A stretch of 64,000 bases of DNA, taken from IMG/VR virus record IMGVR_UViG_3300042511_000879, positions 172,072 through 236,071 of that record; one strand, written 5' to 3'. A program made the translations under genes and the position numbers. The notes under the pieces were generated by a model. It made no database searches, had not been told where the DNA came from, and saw nothing but the letters and a program-made list of their open reading frames with translations. Below, in pieces: positions 20,252-28,856 of this stretch (positions are counted from its first letter, which is position 1; each line of letters opens with the position of its first letter).

Positions 20252-22579
20252 TTACCACCAGCCGTTGCTATCAAAAGCATAATTGTATCCATTAGGATGG
20301 GTTGTAGTTAACGAGCTTAGCAATTTCCCAAATTTATAATGAGTATAGTTACCATTGTTGTCATAAAATACCCAGTAATTTAATTTTCCGTAGTTAGTAT
20401 AATTATCATAATTTGGTTTTTCAGTATCGATTTCATATAAAAAACTAAGGTTAAGGTCAAAGACACGAACTTTCCAATTAATATTTGAGGTTTCCTTATA
20501 GGCTAAAACTACTGTTTCGGTGCTCATGTCTAAATTCCAACTGTTTATGTTTCCAAGTTTAAGTAATTCCTTTTCATTAGCCGCAGCTCCTCTGGTTATC
20601 ATTCTACAATATAAGGTGTCTAATGTTGAGGTGAATTGAGGTCTAACTAATAAAATTTTACCAGGACTTACAGGGTATTGGTCACCTTCAGAATTAGCGT
20701 TCCAATAACTTCCATTAGTAAATGTTGGAAGTAGTGTCCATTTTTTAGTAGAGGTATTAAAGTACCACTCTTTGTCAGCAGCGTAATCTACGGCGATCAA
20801 TGTATTAAATTCAGTAGACCAGTCATCATCATTACTGATTAAAATTTTGTCCAGTACCTTTGAATCATAAACGGTTATTTCACGAGTGTATGGTGAAACA
20901 GTATCAGGTCTAAGCCATAATGCACGATAATCTCCAAAACAATCCGTATTATAATTTGAAGCATCATAAGTACTTAAATCATTAATAAGGTTAAAACGGG
21001 TTGGTTCAACTCCGGATGTAAAACGAGTTGCAACCAATGGTCCACTTAAGTTACTATCGCCTGATAGTAATATAAAATCTTTATCAGTTGCATAGATTTT
21101 GGTGTTCCAATCGTTACTTGTATAGAAATTGTCTTCAGTATTTGGTACAATATAATTTCTTTGTTCCAAATCATTATTGATAATATAAGTTACTTCAAGG
21201 TCTCCGTCAGTGTCTGTATCTAATAAAAGACTGTTATTGACAAAATAATTACCATGCAAAATAATTGCAACTGATTCTGGTTTGTAGTCCCTTCCAGCTC
21301 CAGTGTGATAAGTATTGCTGATAACTTCATAAGCGTTATGATTTGAAGTCCAAGTTAGGTCCTCTCCGATAAGTTTTCCAGTAAGTTGGTTGTAGTTCAA
21401 GAATATGAAATCTCCAGAACTGTTATTTGTGTATACCACTTGCATTTTACCCGAACCATAGAAATAGTAGTCACGCTGTGTCATTTCAATATTATTAAAA
21501 TCTACAGTTTTAAGAAGTGTACCATCAGTGTTGAATATTTCTAGAGTTTCTATAACATCGTATGTATTTCCTTCGGTTAAAGTTTCAACTACAATAAAGT
21601 TACCGTATGAATATACGTAAGAATTTGTAAAATTGGTGATTGGATTGGTGGTTTTGATTAAGGTTTTATTAGCACCTTTAATTAAAAATACGGCTTCATT
21701 TACTGTTCCATTATATCCTTCAACATACACAGTAAAAGTTCCATCAGCAGTACAGTTATCCCAGTTATTTTCAACGTAGATATTACTAATACCTATAAAA
21801 TCATGTTGATAAAAGTTATCACCATCAAAATAGATTGCATGTCCATCATCTCCGTCATACCAAGTTATTAAGTTGGCTCTTCCATCTCCATTGTAACTGT
21901 TAAAAGTTTGATTAATATTTTCAGCACCGATTATAGAACCTCTACTATTTACAAAAACAAATATATTGTTTCCGGCATTATCAAAAAATCTCCAAATATA
22001 ACCCTTTCGATTAACAACTGCTTGAATTGTCTCATTTGGATAGTCAGTGTGGTTAATTGTAGTATCTACTATTGATCCGTTCATAAATATATTAGGCCCT
22101 TGTCCAGGGATTGCCGTATTAGCGTCTAATGTAAAATATTTCCACGTAGTACCAGAGTCTTTGAATTTTACAAGCACATTTTCTCCAACATCTTCTCCTC
22201 GACTTCCAGTAAAATATTCTAATTCTGCAGTTCCATTTGTTGTAAATGCTCCAATACCGTTACTTCCAAAAGGACCCTCGTTTTCATTATATGTATAAAG
22301 AGGAACAGCGGCAAATTCTCCAGGAGAAAGAGTGATTACGCCTCCACCAGTTACAATACCAATTATATTTTGCTTTGGGTTTGTTGCAGTTGATTTAACA
22401 TAAAGGAATGAACCTCTAGATCTACCACCGCCTAATGGAATTTCTGTAGGATTAGTATTAACTGTTACCTTGCTCATAACAATATTATCTAGTAGATCGT
22501 TGTTATATGAAGTGGTAAATTTAACAGGTGTAGATTGATCGGCTGACTCTACACTTAAAGTCGTTTTAAATATTGACAT
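20252..22579 (-). CDS. Large beta-rich putative virion/receptor-binding protein
   Basis: 775 aa, rich in N/T/Y/D beta-strands; preceded by the late-type GATATATA motif. Confidence 0.5.
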   Translation of the reverse strand: MSIFKTTLSVESADQSTPVKFTTSYNNDLLDNIVMSKVTVNTNPTEIPLGGGRSRGSFLYVKSTATNPKQNIIGIVTGGGVITLSPGEFAAVPLYTYNENEGPFGSNGIGAFTTNGTAELEYFTGSRGEDVGENVLVKFKDSGTTWKYFTLDANTAIPGQGPNIFMNGSIVDTTINHTDYPNETIQAVVNRKGYIWRFFDNAGNNIFVFVNSRGSIIGAENINQTFNSYNGDGRANLITWYDGDDGHAIYFDGDNFYQHDFIGISNIYVENNWDNCTADGTFTVYVEGYNGTVNEAVFLIKGANKTLIKTTNPITNFTNSYVYSYGNFIVVETLTEGNTYDVIETLEIFNTDGTLLKTVDFNNIEMTQRDYYFYGSGKMQVVYTNNSSGDFIFLNYNQLTGKLIGEDLTWTSNHNAYEVISNTYHTGAGRDYKPESVAIILHGNYFVNNSLLLDTDTDGDLEVTYIINNDLEQRNYIVPNTEDNFYTSNDWNTKIYATDKDFILLSGDSNLSGPLVATRFTSGVEPTRFNLINDLSTYDASNYNTDCFGDYRALWLRPDTVSPYTREITVYDSKVLDKILISNDDDWSTEFNTLIAVDYAADKEWYFNTSTKKWTLLPTFTNGSYWNANSEGDQYPVSPGKILLVRPQFTSTLDTLYCRMITRGAAANEKELLKLGNINSWNLDMSTETVVLAYKETSNINWKVRVFDLNLSFLYEIDTEKPNYDNYTNYGKLNYWVFYDNNGNYTHYKFGKLLSSLTTTHPNGYNYAFDSNGWW

Positions 22580-22636
22580 ACTTTAACTTTTTTTTTATTT
22601 AAAGTATATATCCATTTAAAACGACCATATTTTAAA

Positions 22637-23242
22637 TTATAGGTCCAAACTATTAGGGTAATACAATAAGGTTGGGTTCCTTTTTTGTATGTCCAGGTCG
22701 GGATATTTCTCTTTAAACTTTAACACATTGAATTTCTTAGTAATCAAGTGATGTCCATTCTTGGTTGGGATAATAGCCTCGATTTTTGACTCTCCAAATG
22801 GTCCGCATTCATGGTCTATGTAGGCCATCATTATAGGACTGGCTTCCATAATATCATCAACATCGATTATCCATCTCTTCTCTCCGGTTTTGATTTGTCC
22901 TACAACCGAATCGAATAGACCTTTTTGGTTGTGTTGACCATTTTGGATACGTTGAGCCAAGTCAACCATCATACTTAGACTTACATCGAAGTGGTTTTGT
23001 TTTTGTACGTGGATATAGGCTCTGGCTTTAAACATTTCACAAAGTTGAATAACCTCATCCCATCTTCTTTCAAGGTGGTCGATACTCTCAATACAATAAG
23101 TCTTAATAGTCCTTACTGATTGGTGATTATCTCGTTCTTCTGCTGGCTGGTCCTTCTTGCGTTTAAAAACATAGAGCATATAAAAGTCTCCTTTGTTTTC
23201 AAAGTTTAGGAGTGGTTTGATTATTTCTAGGTTGTTTATCAT
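22637..23242 (-). CDS. Conserved phage protein with AEP-like motifs
   Basis: WIIDVDD and PTKNGHH resemble archaeo-eukaryotic primase motifs I and II. Confidence 0.4.
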   Translation of the reverse strand: MINNLEIIKPLLNFENKGDFYMLYVFKRKKDQPAEERDNHQSVRTIKTYCIESIDHLERRWDEVIQLCEMFKARAYIHVQKQNHFDVSLSMMVDLAQRIQNGQHNQKGLFDSVVGQIKTGEKRWIIDVDDIMEASPIMMAYIDHECGPFGESKIEAIIPTKNGHHLITKKFNVLKFKEKYPDLDIQKRNPTLLYYPNSLDL

Positions 23243-23557
23243 TTTAATATGCGATTTTGTCCTTTGGAACTTCAAGTCCATTTAGGGCGTTTAATAATAT
23301 TTGTGTTCCTTCCTCTACATCAGGTTTAACACTTCCAGTACATCTCTTAGAGAATAGTTCGTCAGAAATATTAGTTCTTCCGGTAGAAGTAGCACTTACA
23401 GCCTTCATATACCATGGATTTCTACTAGGTCTCATTGTTAAAATGGCGTACCATTTATTATCACTGCATTGTACTAATACTCCTTCAACACTTGTTGTGG
23501 ATTTTAAGGGCTTTGTTTTAACTACGGTAATTTCTACTTTTTCAGACATATTGTTTG

Positions 23558-23630
23558 TTTTAATTATAATGTAAATATAAACAAAAAACCCCAGACCGTA
23601 AAATCTGGAGTGTTAATGTTTTGTTAATTT
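23558..23630 (-). promoter_or_regulatory. Early-promoter cassette with hairpin
   Basis: CCAGA-TTTTACGG-TCTGG; contains the stop of 23624..24331. Confidence 0.8.
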
Positions 23631-24331
23631 ATGAATGTTACTTCATTAGTAACCGGGTCCCAATCGAATGTTACTGGTTTGTTCGTGTACTTATACTCTT
23701 CATTCAAGATTGAAGCATTAAAGAAATGAGTTCCATTCAAGAACTTATAACCATAACTACCGTGAATATGCCCAAAAACATGTATCTTTGGTTTAACTAC
23801 ATCTACTCGTTCTCTCAATAAGGCGCATCCTAAGAGTGGCTCATTATATGGAGGTCCACTAATATCCAAAATCTCTTGAGGTGGTCCGTGAGTGATTAAT
23901 ATATCAGTGTCTTCCGGAATGGCTTCCCATTTGCTCATTAATCCTGGTCCGCCTTTCGGAAGGTTAAAAGCCCAGTCATAGAACCATGGCTGCCATGGAG
24001 TACCATAAATAACTGTTTGTTGGTCATCCTCGTCCCATAAATCAAGTCTTTCGTCTTGTAAATATGTAATGCCTTTATAAGAACTATAAATCTCTCTTGC
24101 ATCATCTGGAAAATCCTCAAAGGTTCTATCATGATTTCCGGCAATAAATATCTTTTGGTCATAATGCTCAAGCGAATTATACCAGTGACAAAAATCTTTA
24201 ATGTCATTTTTATTATAACCAGAGTTCATTAAATCCCCAGCATGAAGTAATAAGTCTCCACCTGGAAGGTCCAATTTAGGGTCTATTAAACCGTGCTTAG
24301 TATGTGTGTCGCTAATTAATGTGATTCTCAT
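23624..24331 (-). CDS. Metallophosphoesterase (MPPED-like)
   Basis: ISDTH, HAGD, AGNHD, ITHGPP and FGHIH motifs. Confidence 0.9.
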   Translation of the reverse strand: MRITLISDTHTKHGLIDPKLDLPGGDLLLHAGDLMNSGYNKNDIKDFCHWYNSLEHYDQKIFIAGNHDRTFEDFPDDAREIYSSYKGITYLQDERLDLWDEDDQQTVIYGTPWQPWFYDWAFNLPKGGPGLMSKWEAIPEDTDILITHGPPQEILDISGPPYNEPLLGCALLRERVDVVKPKIHVFGHIHGSYGYKFLNGTHFFNASILNEEYKYTNKPVTFDWDPVTNEVTFIN

Positions 24332-24527
24332 CTTATTTTTTATTTATTATAATTTGGTCTATAAAGTCTCCAGGTTGCAGTTCAACATTTTGAAGTATTA
24401 AAGCTCTTAGCATCTCTTCGGTTATTTCCAAAGTTCTTTCTACATCTTGATTGTCTTCATACTCTTGGTCTGTCCAATCCTCGTTGTCTATAATGTACTC
24501 AAGTACAATTTTTACTTTGCTCATTTT

Positions 24528-24911
24528 TTATATTTTAAGTAGTTTATAAATTCTATTATTGATTTTTATTAAATATAAAGTATTGGGCAGGGATTCAAAA
24601 AAAATAGTTTCTTCATTTTTTATTCTACTACTTTTAATCAATCTTCCAGTTAAATCATAGACTTCATAGTCTATAGACTCATCAATTCTAGAATTCACAA
24701 TTATATTATTCTTAGTAGGATTTGGATAAATAGTAACTTCGGAAATTAAGTTATTTAGTAAATTTAACTTAGGTTCTTCATCAGAAATTTGTATCCCTTC
24801 AGGTGCTACATAAAATATTTGACCAATACTGTATTCATATTGACCAGATGTTAGTATAACCTCTTGTGAGTATGTTGTTAAGTAAAACAGTAAAATTAGA
24901 TATTTTATCAT
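24528..24911 (-). CDS. Small secreted protein with a T9SS type-A C-terminal sorting domain
   Basis: Signal-like N-terminus ending TYSQ; IYPNP..YDLTGRLI..LYLIKI..YKLLKI. Confidence 0.8.
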   Translation of the reverse strand: MIKYLILLFYLTTYSQEVILTSGQYEYSIGQIFYVAPEGIQISDEEPKLNLLNNLISEVTIYPNPTKNNIIVNSRIDESIDYEVYDLTGRLIKSSRIKNEETIFFESLPNTLYLIKINNRIYKLLKI

Positions 24912-25114
24912 AATTTTATATATTGTCTTTTAAATCTGGTTTGTTTCTCATTCAGGACTAAAATATATCGAGTGCCTAGAGCGGTCTTATATACTTGGTA
25001 CCTTTCATTATCCGTATAGCACCATTCATTAGTGTAAGAGTGTTTATAGATTCTCTGCTCTACAGAACAAGAGGTTAATAATAGTAATACAAGTAAAAGC
25101 AATAATTGTTTCAT
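24908..25114 (-). CDS. Small lipoprotein
   Basis: LLTSC lipobox. Confidence 0.65.
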   Translation of the reverse strand: MKQLLLLLVLLLLTSCSVEQRIYKHSYTNEWCYTDNERYQVYKTALGTRYILVLNEKQTRFKRQYIKL

Positions 25115-25325
25115 ATCTTATTTATTTTAAAATATTGATGTTGCCTGCATTCTTTACACTGGAGAGTACATCCATACTGCGGCATATTAGCTCTATGAAA
25201 TTCGTAACATTTCCATTTGCGCTTTGCTAGTAACTTTTTAATTCGGACCTTTTTAAGCGGTTCGATAACTACAAATCTTATAAATAATCCTGCTGTAATT
25301 CCTAATAGTCCAAATATAACTTCTC

Positions 25326-26105
25326 TCATAGTTTGCTTGTTTTATTTCTCTTTTCGTATGCTAACTCTTCTCTAAGAAGTTTTATTTCTTTTGCATCTTG
25401 TTCTTGTTGCCATTTAGCACCTCTTTTGAATCCATCTCTAGCTGCAGTTATTTCTTCTCTGTTATAATCATCACTTCTATACCATTCCTTAATTGGAAAT
25501 TCTAGTAATGATGCCTTATCAATAGTTTCTTCAAGTGTTTCTTGTTTAGCATTTTGGATAAACCTTTCCATTATTTCATCTTTGGGAAGGTTTATTGAAT
25601 ATTCAACCCTCTTTCCATAACAAGTTTCGCATCCACGACCTTGATGCAATGTGCATGTCATGTCTGTAAAACAAAGGTCATCAACTCCATTACATCGACC
25701 GCAGCATCTGCTCTTTTCTACTGTTTCTATCTTTTCACAATTTTGATTCTTAATATACCATTTTAAGAATTCCTCTGGAATGGCCTGAACCCCTTCATTA
25801 ATAAGAGCAGTATCCGTTGTTAGGATAATCCTTTTCCATTCTCTTCTATCAATTAAACCTTGAGCATCAACCAGCTTTGGACTGGCTTTCATTACCTCAA
25901 TCCCGTCTGTAACGTAATCTCCTCTATTAAATTTACCATTGGCAGTAATATAGAGCTGCTGAGTACTTCTTTCAAAGGCCCTAAACAGCGAAGTATATTT
26001 GCTAAGAGTTAACTCAGAACTATTACCTAGATAATATAATCTGCTTGGATTCGGTGTTGCTAATAAGTGTACATTTTTCATAGTTTGCTTGTTTATTTTA
26101 CCCAA
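25326..26105 (-). CDS. Hypothetical protein with Cys-rich insert
   Basis: Long ORF; CCGRC...C..H..C..C cluster. Confidence 0.55.
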   Translation of the reverse strand: MGKINKQTMKNVHLLATPNPSRLYYLGNSSELTLSKYTSLFRAFERSTQQLYITANGKFNRGDYVTDGIEVMKASPKLVDAQGLIDRREWKRIILTTDTALINEGVQAIPEEFLKWYIKNQNCEKIETVEKSRCCGRCNGVDDLCFTDMTCTLHQGRGCETCYGKRVEYSINLPKDEIMERFIQNAKQETLEETIDKASLLEFPIKEWYRSDDYNREEITAARDGFKRGAKWQQEQDAKEIKLLREELAYEKRNKTSKL

Positions 26106-26321
26106 AGGCTTAAAGACTTAAGTTATATTCAATGGGTAGGTTTTTGTTTCTTTATTTTAATTATAATTTATAAAAAGCTAATAATTCTTTAGATTTTTTA
26201 ATTTGTTGTCTCAGTTCTTCCATTTTTGAGTGAGACAACTCTGACATGTCATACAATGCTTGCATCATCACTATTTGATTTTCTAACATTAATATTTCTA
26301 TTGCATTCATAATTTTCTTTG

Positions 26322-26395
26322 TTTTAATTAGATATGTAAATATAATCAAAAACTTTTTATCAGGAAACATTAATCCCAAAAAGTTATTAACAATT
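26322..26395 (-). promoter_or_regulatory. Early-promoter cassette copy
   Basis: Same repeat (variant). Confidence 0.7.
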
Positions 26396-26401
26396 TTACA
26401 C

Positions 26402-26428
26402 AAAAAAGCCCGGCATTAACCGGGCTTT
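26402..26428 (-). terminator. Intrinsic terminator ending the tRNA-array/HNH transcript
   Basis: GCCCGG-TTAATG-CCGGGC followed by T6. Confidence 0.8.
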
Positions 26429-26434
26429 GAGAAT

Positions 26435-26947
26435 CTACTTGTCGAAAAATAGATATTGTTTCCATTCGTCTGGAATGTTTTCGATATGTTTCATTAACAT
26501 AAGGAAATGAGGTCTTCTGGGTTGCGGAATGGTCTTACCGTACTCTTCCAGACTTAAGTCTGCTTTTTCACCATTGCATTTTTTGCAGGCAGTGGTAAGA
26601 TTTTCCCAGGTGTTAGGACCTCCTTTTGATTGGGGAATAACATGGTCTATTGTAAGTTTCTTTCTGTCGGATTCTTCGCAATAAACGCATTTATGGTTGT
26701 CTCTCTTAAAGACATTTTCTCTGGTTAGAGGAACGTTTCGGTGCTCAGTATAAATGTACTTTTGTACTTTTATAATCGAAGGCTTATAGATTTCAGCATC
26801 AGGGTCGCATAGACCAAATTTACAATCATGCTCCCAAATCACTTTTGCGTTTCCCTTATACACTATTGAAAATGCTCTAAGACTACTGATAACACTTCGA
26901 GGCATATAGCTCGAATCGATTACTAATGTTTTGTTAAAAATGTTCAT
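26435..26947 (-). CDS. HNH endonuclease
   Basis: RD..KCVYC, TIDHVIPQSKGG and WENLTTACKKCN..K motifs. Confidence 0.92.
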   Translation of the reverse strand: MNIFNKTLVIDSSYMPRSVISSLRAFSIVYKGNAKVIWEHDCKFGLCDPDAEIYKPSIIKVQKYIYTEHRNVPLTRENVFKRDNHKCVYCEESDRKKLTIDHVIPQSKGGPNTWENLTTACKKCNGEKADLSLEEYGKTIPQPRRPHFLMLMKHIENIPDEWKQYLFFDK

Positions 26948-26962
26948 GATATTAAATATTTG

Positions 26963-27048
26963 CGGAGAGCAGAGGTTACGATCCCCATCCGGTTCTCCCG
27001 GACCAACTGTTTAGCAAACAGCACTGAAGCCACTTCAGATTACTCTCC
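26963..27048 (-). tRNA. tRNA-Ser(GCT)
   Basis: Loop TTGCTAA, long variable arm, G73. Confidence 0.85.
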
Positions 27049-27058
27049 AAGTTAATTG

Positions 27059-27152
27059 CGGAAGATGACGGATTCGAACCCCCACACCATTTTAATGATC
27101 GACGCATTTCAAGTGCGCTGCCGGTACCCAGACTCTTTCGGCTTAATCTTCC
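27059..27152 (-). tRNA. tRNA-Ser(TGA), enlarged D-loop
   Basis: GCGCA-CTTGAAA-TGCGT, long variable arm, G73. Confidence 0.85.
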
Positions 27153-27162
27153 AATTTGTTTG

Positions 27163-27235
27163 TACCCCTAGAAGAATTCGAATCTCCATTTAACATCTTA
27201 GAAGGATGTTGCATTTCCATTTATGCTATAGGGGC
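27163..27235 (-). tRNA. tRNA-Arg(TCT)
   Basis: ACATC-CTTCTAA-GATGT. Confidence 0.9.
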
Positions 27236-27331
27236 ATAAAGCCAATCCCGTAGATTGGCCGCTCGGCTTTAGGTACCAAGTTTGCAAGAATAAATCTCTG
27301 ACCAGGACTTATACCCTCTGGGTATCGTCGT

Positions 27332-27402
27332 GTGTTTCCGGGTTTCGAACCCTGTTCTCTACATTCACAGTGTAGCACTTTACCGATTAAGCTAGAAACA
27401 CC
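27332..27402 (-). tRNA. tRNA-His(GTG)
   Basis: CTACA-CTGTGAA-TGTAG; extra 5' G. Confidence 0.88.
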
Positions 27403-27409
27403 ATATTAG

Positions 27410-27480
27410 TCTCGAATAGTGGAATCGAACCACTGCCCTTTGCATGTAAAACAAATACGCTACCATTACGCCAATTCGAG
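27410..27480 (-). tRNA. tRNA-Val(TAC)
   Basis: TTTGT-TTTACAT-GCAAA. Confidence 0.88.
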
Positions 27481-27544
27481 TTTTGAGAGGGTTAGGTATG
27501 GCTCACCTCTCCGTGACTGACGTCCTACCTTAACAGTCTAATTG

Positions 27545-27617
27545 TTCCCCCGGATGGCCTCGAACCATCTACCCCTCCGTTAAAAGCGGAGTGCCCGTCC
27601 ACATGAGCTTCGAGAGA
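27545..27617 (-). tRNA. tRNA-Lys(TTT)
   Basis: CTCCG-CTTTTAA-CGGAG. Confidence 0.88.
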
Positions 27618-27627
27618 TTGTATTTTG

Positions 27628-27699
27628 TTGCGATAAGGAATTTCGAAATCCTGACATCTCCAATATGAGCGGAGTACTCTTCCTCTGAGTTATATCGCA
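27628..27699 (-). tRNA. tRNA with CAT anticodon (Met or Ile2)
   Basis: CTCCG-CTCATAT-TGGAG; first 10 nt overlap the end of the endonuclease ORF. Confidence 0.8.
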
Positions 27700-28322
27700 T
27701 TTTTTAATTTTTCAAATTCACTTAATACAAATTTTTCATTATATCTACCAGAATCTTTAATTATATAAGGAACATATCCACATTTAATTATTTCTTGGAT
27801 TTTTATCCTATCTCTGTTTTGGACCTGTTCTAATGAATGATTTTTGGTAATTTTTTCATAGTGCCATTTACCATTCCATAAAATAGCAATTTTTATTGAA
27901 GGTATTATAACGTCTGCATCCCATCCATTAAATATACATTCATTTGTTAAAATATTTTTAAATTCATTTTGACATAATTCAGCAAATAGTATTTCATTTT
28001 TGCTTCTTTTATTTTGAGATTTAGCGCTATTTAATCCACCTCTTCTACTGTATTCTAAATGATTAGGATGTGCAACTGCACATGATTTAGAACAAAATTT
28101 AGAATTTCTTTTGTGCCATTTTACCGTAAATTCATTTTGACATGACATGCAACATAGTTTAACGTCAGGGTTTGCATTGGCACTTATTTTTTTAGAAACT
28201 TTTTCATTAATTTCTTTTCTTTTGGCTTTAGTACTAAAACCTCTAGAACATTTTGTTGAACAGAATCTGCCAGAACCATAAGTTCCTTCATGTTCGTTGT
28301 TGCAATTTTCACATGTTTTCAT
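27690..28322 (-). mobile_element. Putative free-standing homing endonuclease (Zn-finger repeats + Vsr/DUF559-like nuclease) inserted in the tRNA array
   Basis: CxxC...FCS..C repeats; WDADVII..KIAILWNGKWHY..RDRIK..GY; own GATATATA motif at 28327-28334. Confidence 0.7.
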
Positions 28323-28367
28323 ATTATATATATCTACATATTATTCGAACTTTTAAATTTGCCTTAG

Positions 28368-28440
28368 TAGTCTATGAAGGATTCGAACCCTCATCTTCCG
28401 ATCCGTAGTCGAATGTTACTATCCGTTGAACTAATAGACT
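28368..28440 (-). tRNA. tRNA-Arg(ACG)
   Basis: TTCGA-CTACGGA-TCGGA. Confidence 0.9.
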
Positions 28441-28445
28441 AATTG

Positions 28446-28520
28446 TGTCCTTGGGAGGGATCGAACCTCCATATCTCTCGGTTATGAGCCGAGCGCCTTC
28501 ACCAATTTAGCTACAAGAAC
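28446..28520 (-). tRNA. tRNA with CAT anticodon (Ile2 or elongator Met)
   Basis: CTCGG-CTCATAA-CCGAG. Confidence 0.88.
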
Positions 28521-28527
28521 CTTACAG

Positions 28528-28598
28528 CACGGGTGGAGGGATTTGAACCCCCATCGCTGGTGTTGGAGACCAGAATGCTACCGTTGCACTACACCCGT
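28528..28598 (-). tRNA. tRNA-Trp(CCA)
   Basis: CTGGT-CTCCAAC-ACCAG, G73. Confidence 0.9.
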
Positions 28599-28674
28599 AA
28601 ATATGTAGGATATCGCTTAACCTACCAGGTTTTACCCATTAAATCATATTAAATGACCCAAGACGATTTTTTTG

Positions 28675-28765
28675 TAGATATGGGCAGAATTGAACTGTCC
28701 GGCACGTCCATGTTCCTTGCAACTGCGAAGTACTGAGGATTGCTCTACCACTGAGCTACATATCT
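28675..28765 (-). ncRNA. tRNA-like RNA with expanded, non-canonical anticodon arm
   Basis: Perfect acceptor AGATATG/CATATCT, D arm GCTC-AGTGGTA-GAGC and T loop TTCAATT; about 35 nt replace the 17-nt anticodon arm. Confidence 0.7.
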
Positions 28766-28772
28766 GACCTAG

Positions 28773-28850
28773 TTGCGATTAGAGGAGTTGAACCTCTGGA
28801 GGGTATATCTACCGATACGGCTCATGAGACCGTCTCTGACCAACATCGCA
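28773..28850 (-). ncRNA. D-arm-less tRNA-like RNA, CAT anticodon, long variable arm
   Basis: TGCGAT/ATCGCA acceptor, 10-nt connector, ACGGT-CTCATGA-GCCGT, GGTA-GATA-TACC and AGAGG-TTCAACT-CCTCT. Confidence 0.65.
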
Positions 28851-28856
28851 TTTTAG

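Noticed and set aside
26161-26403. 80-aa ORF as called
   Set aside because: Its N-terminal part runs through the promoter cassette; the real start is probably the internal MNAIEIL, giving about 49 aa.
27236-27328. HDV-like (theta) or hammerhead ribozymes in tRNA spacers
   Set aside because: I could not fit the nested P1-P2-P3-P1.1-J4/2 pattern or the CUGANGA/GAAA core by eye; a motif search is still worthwhile.
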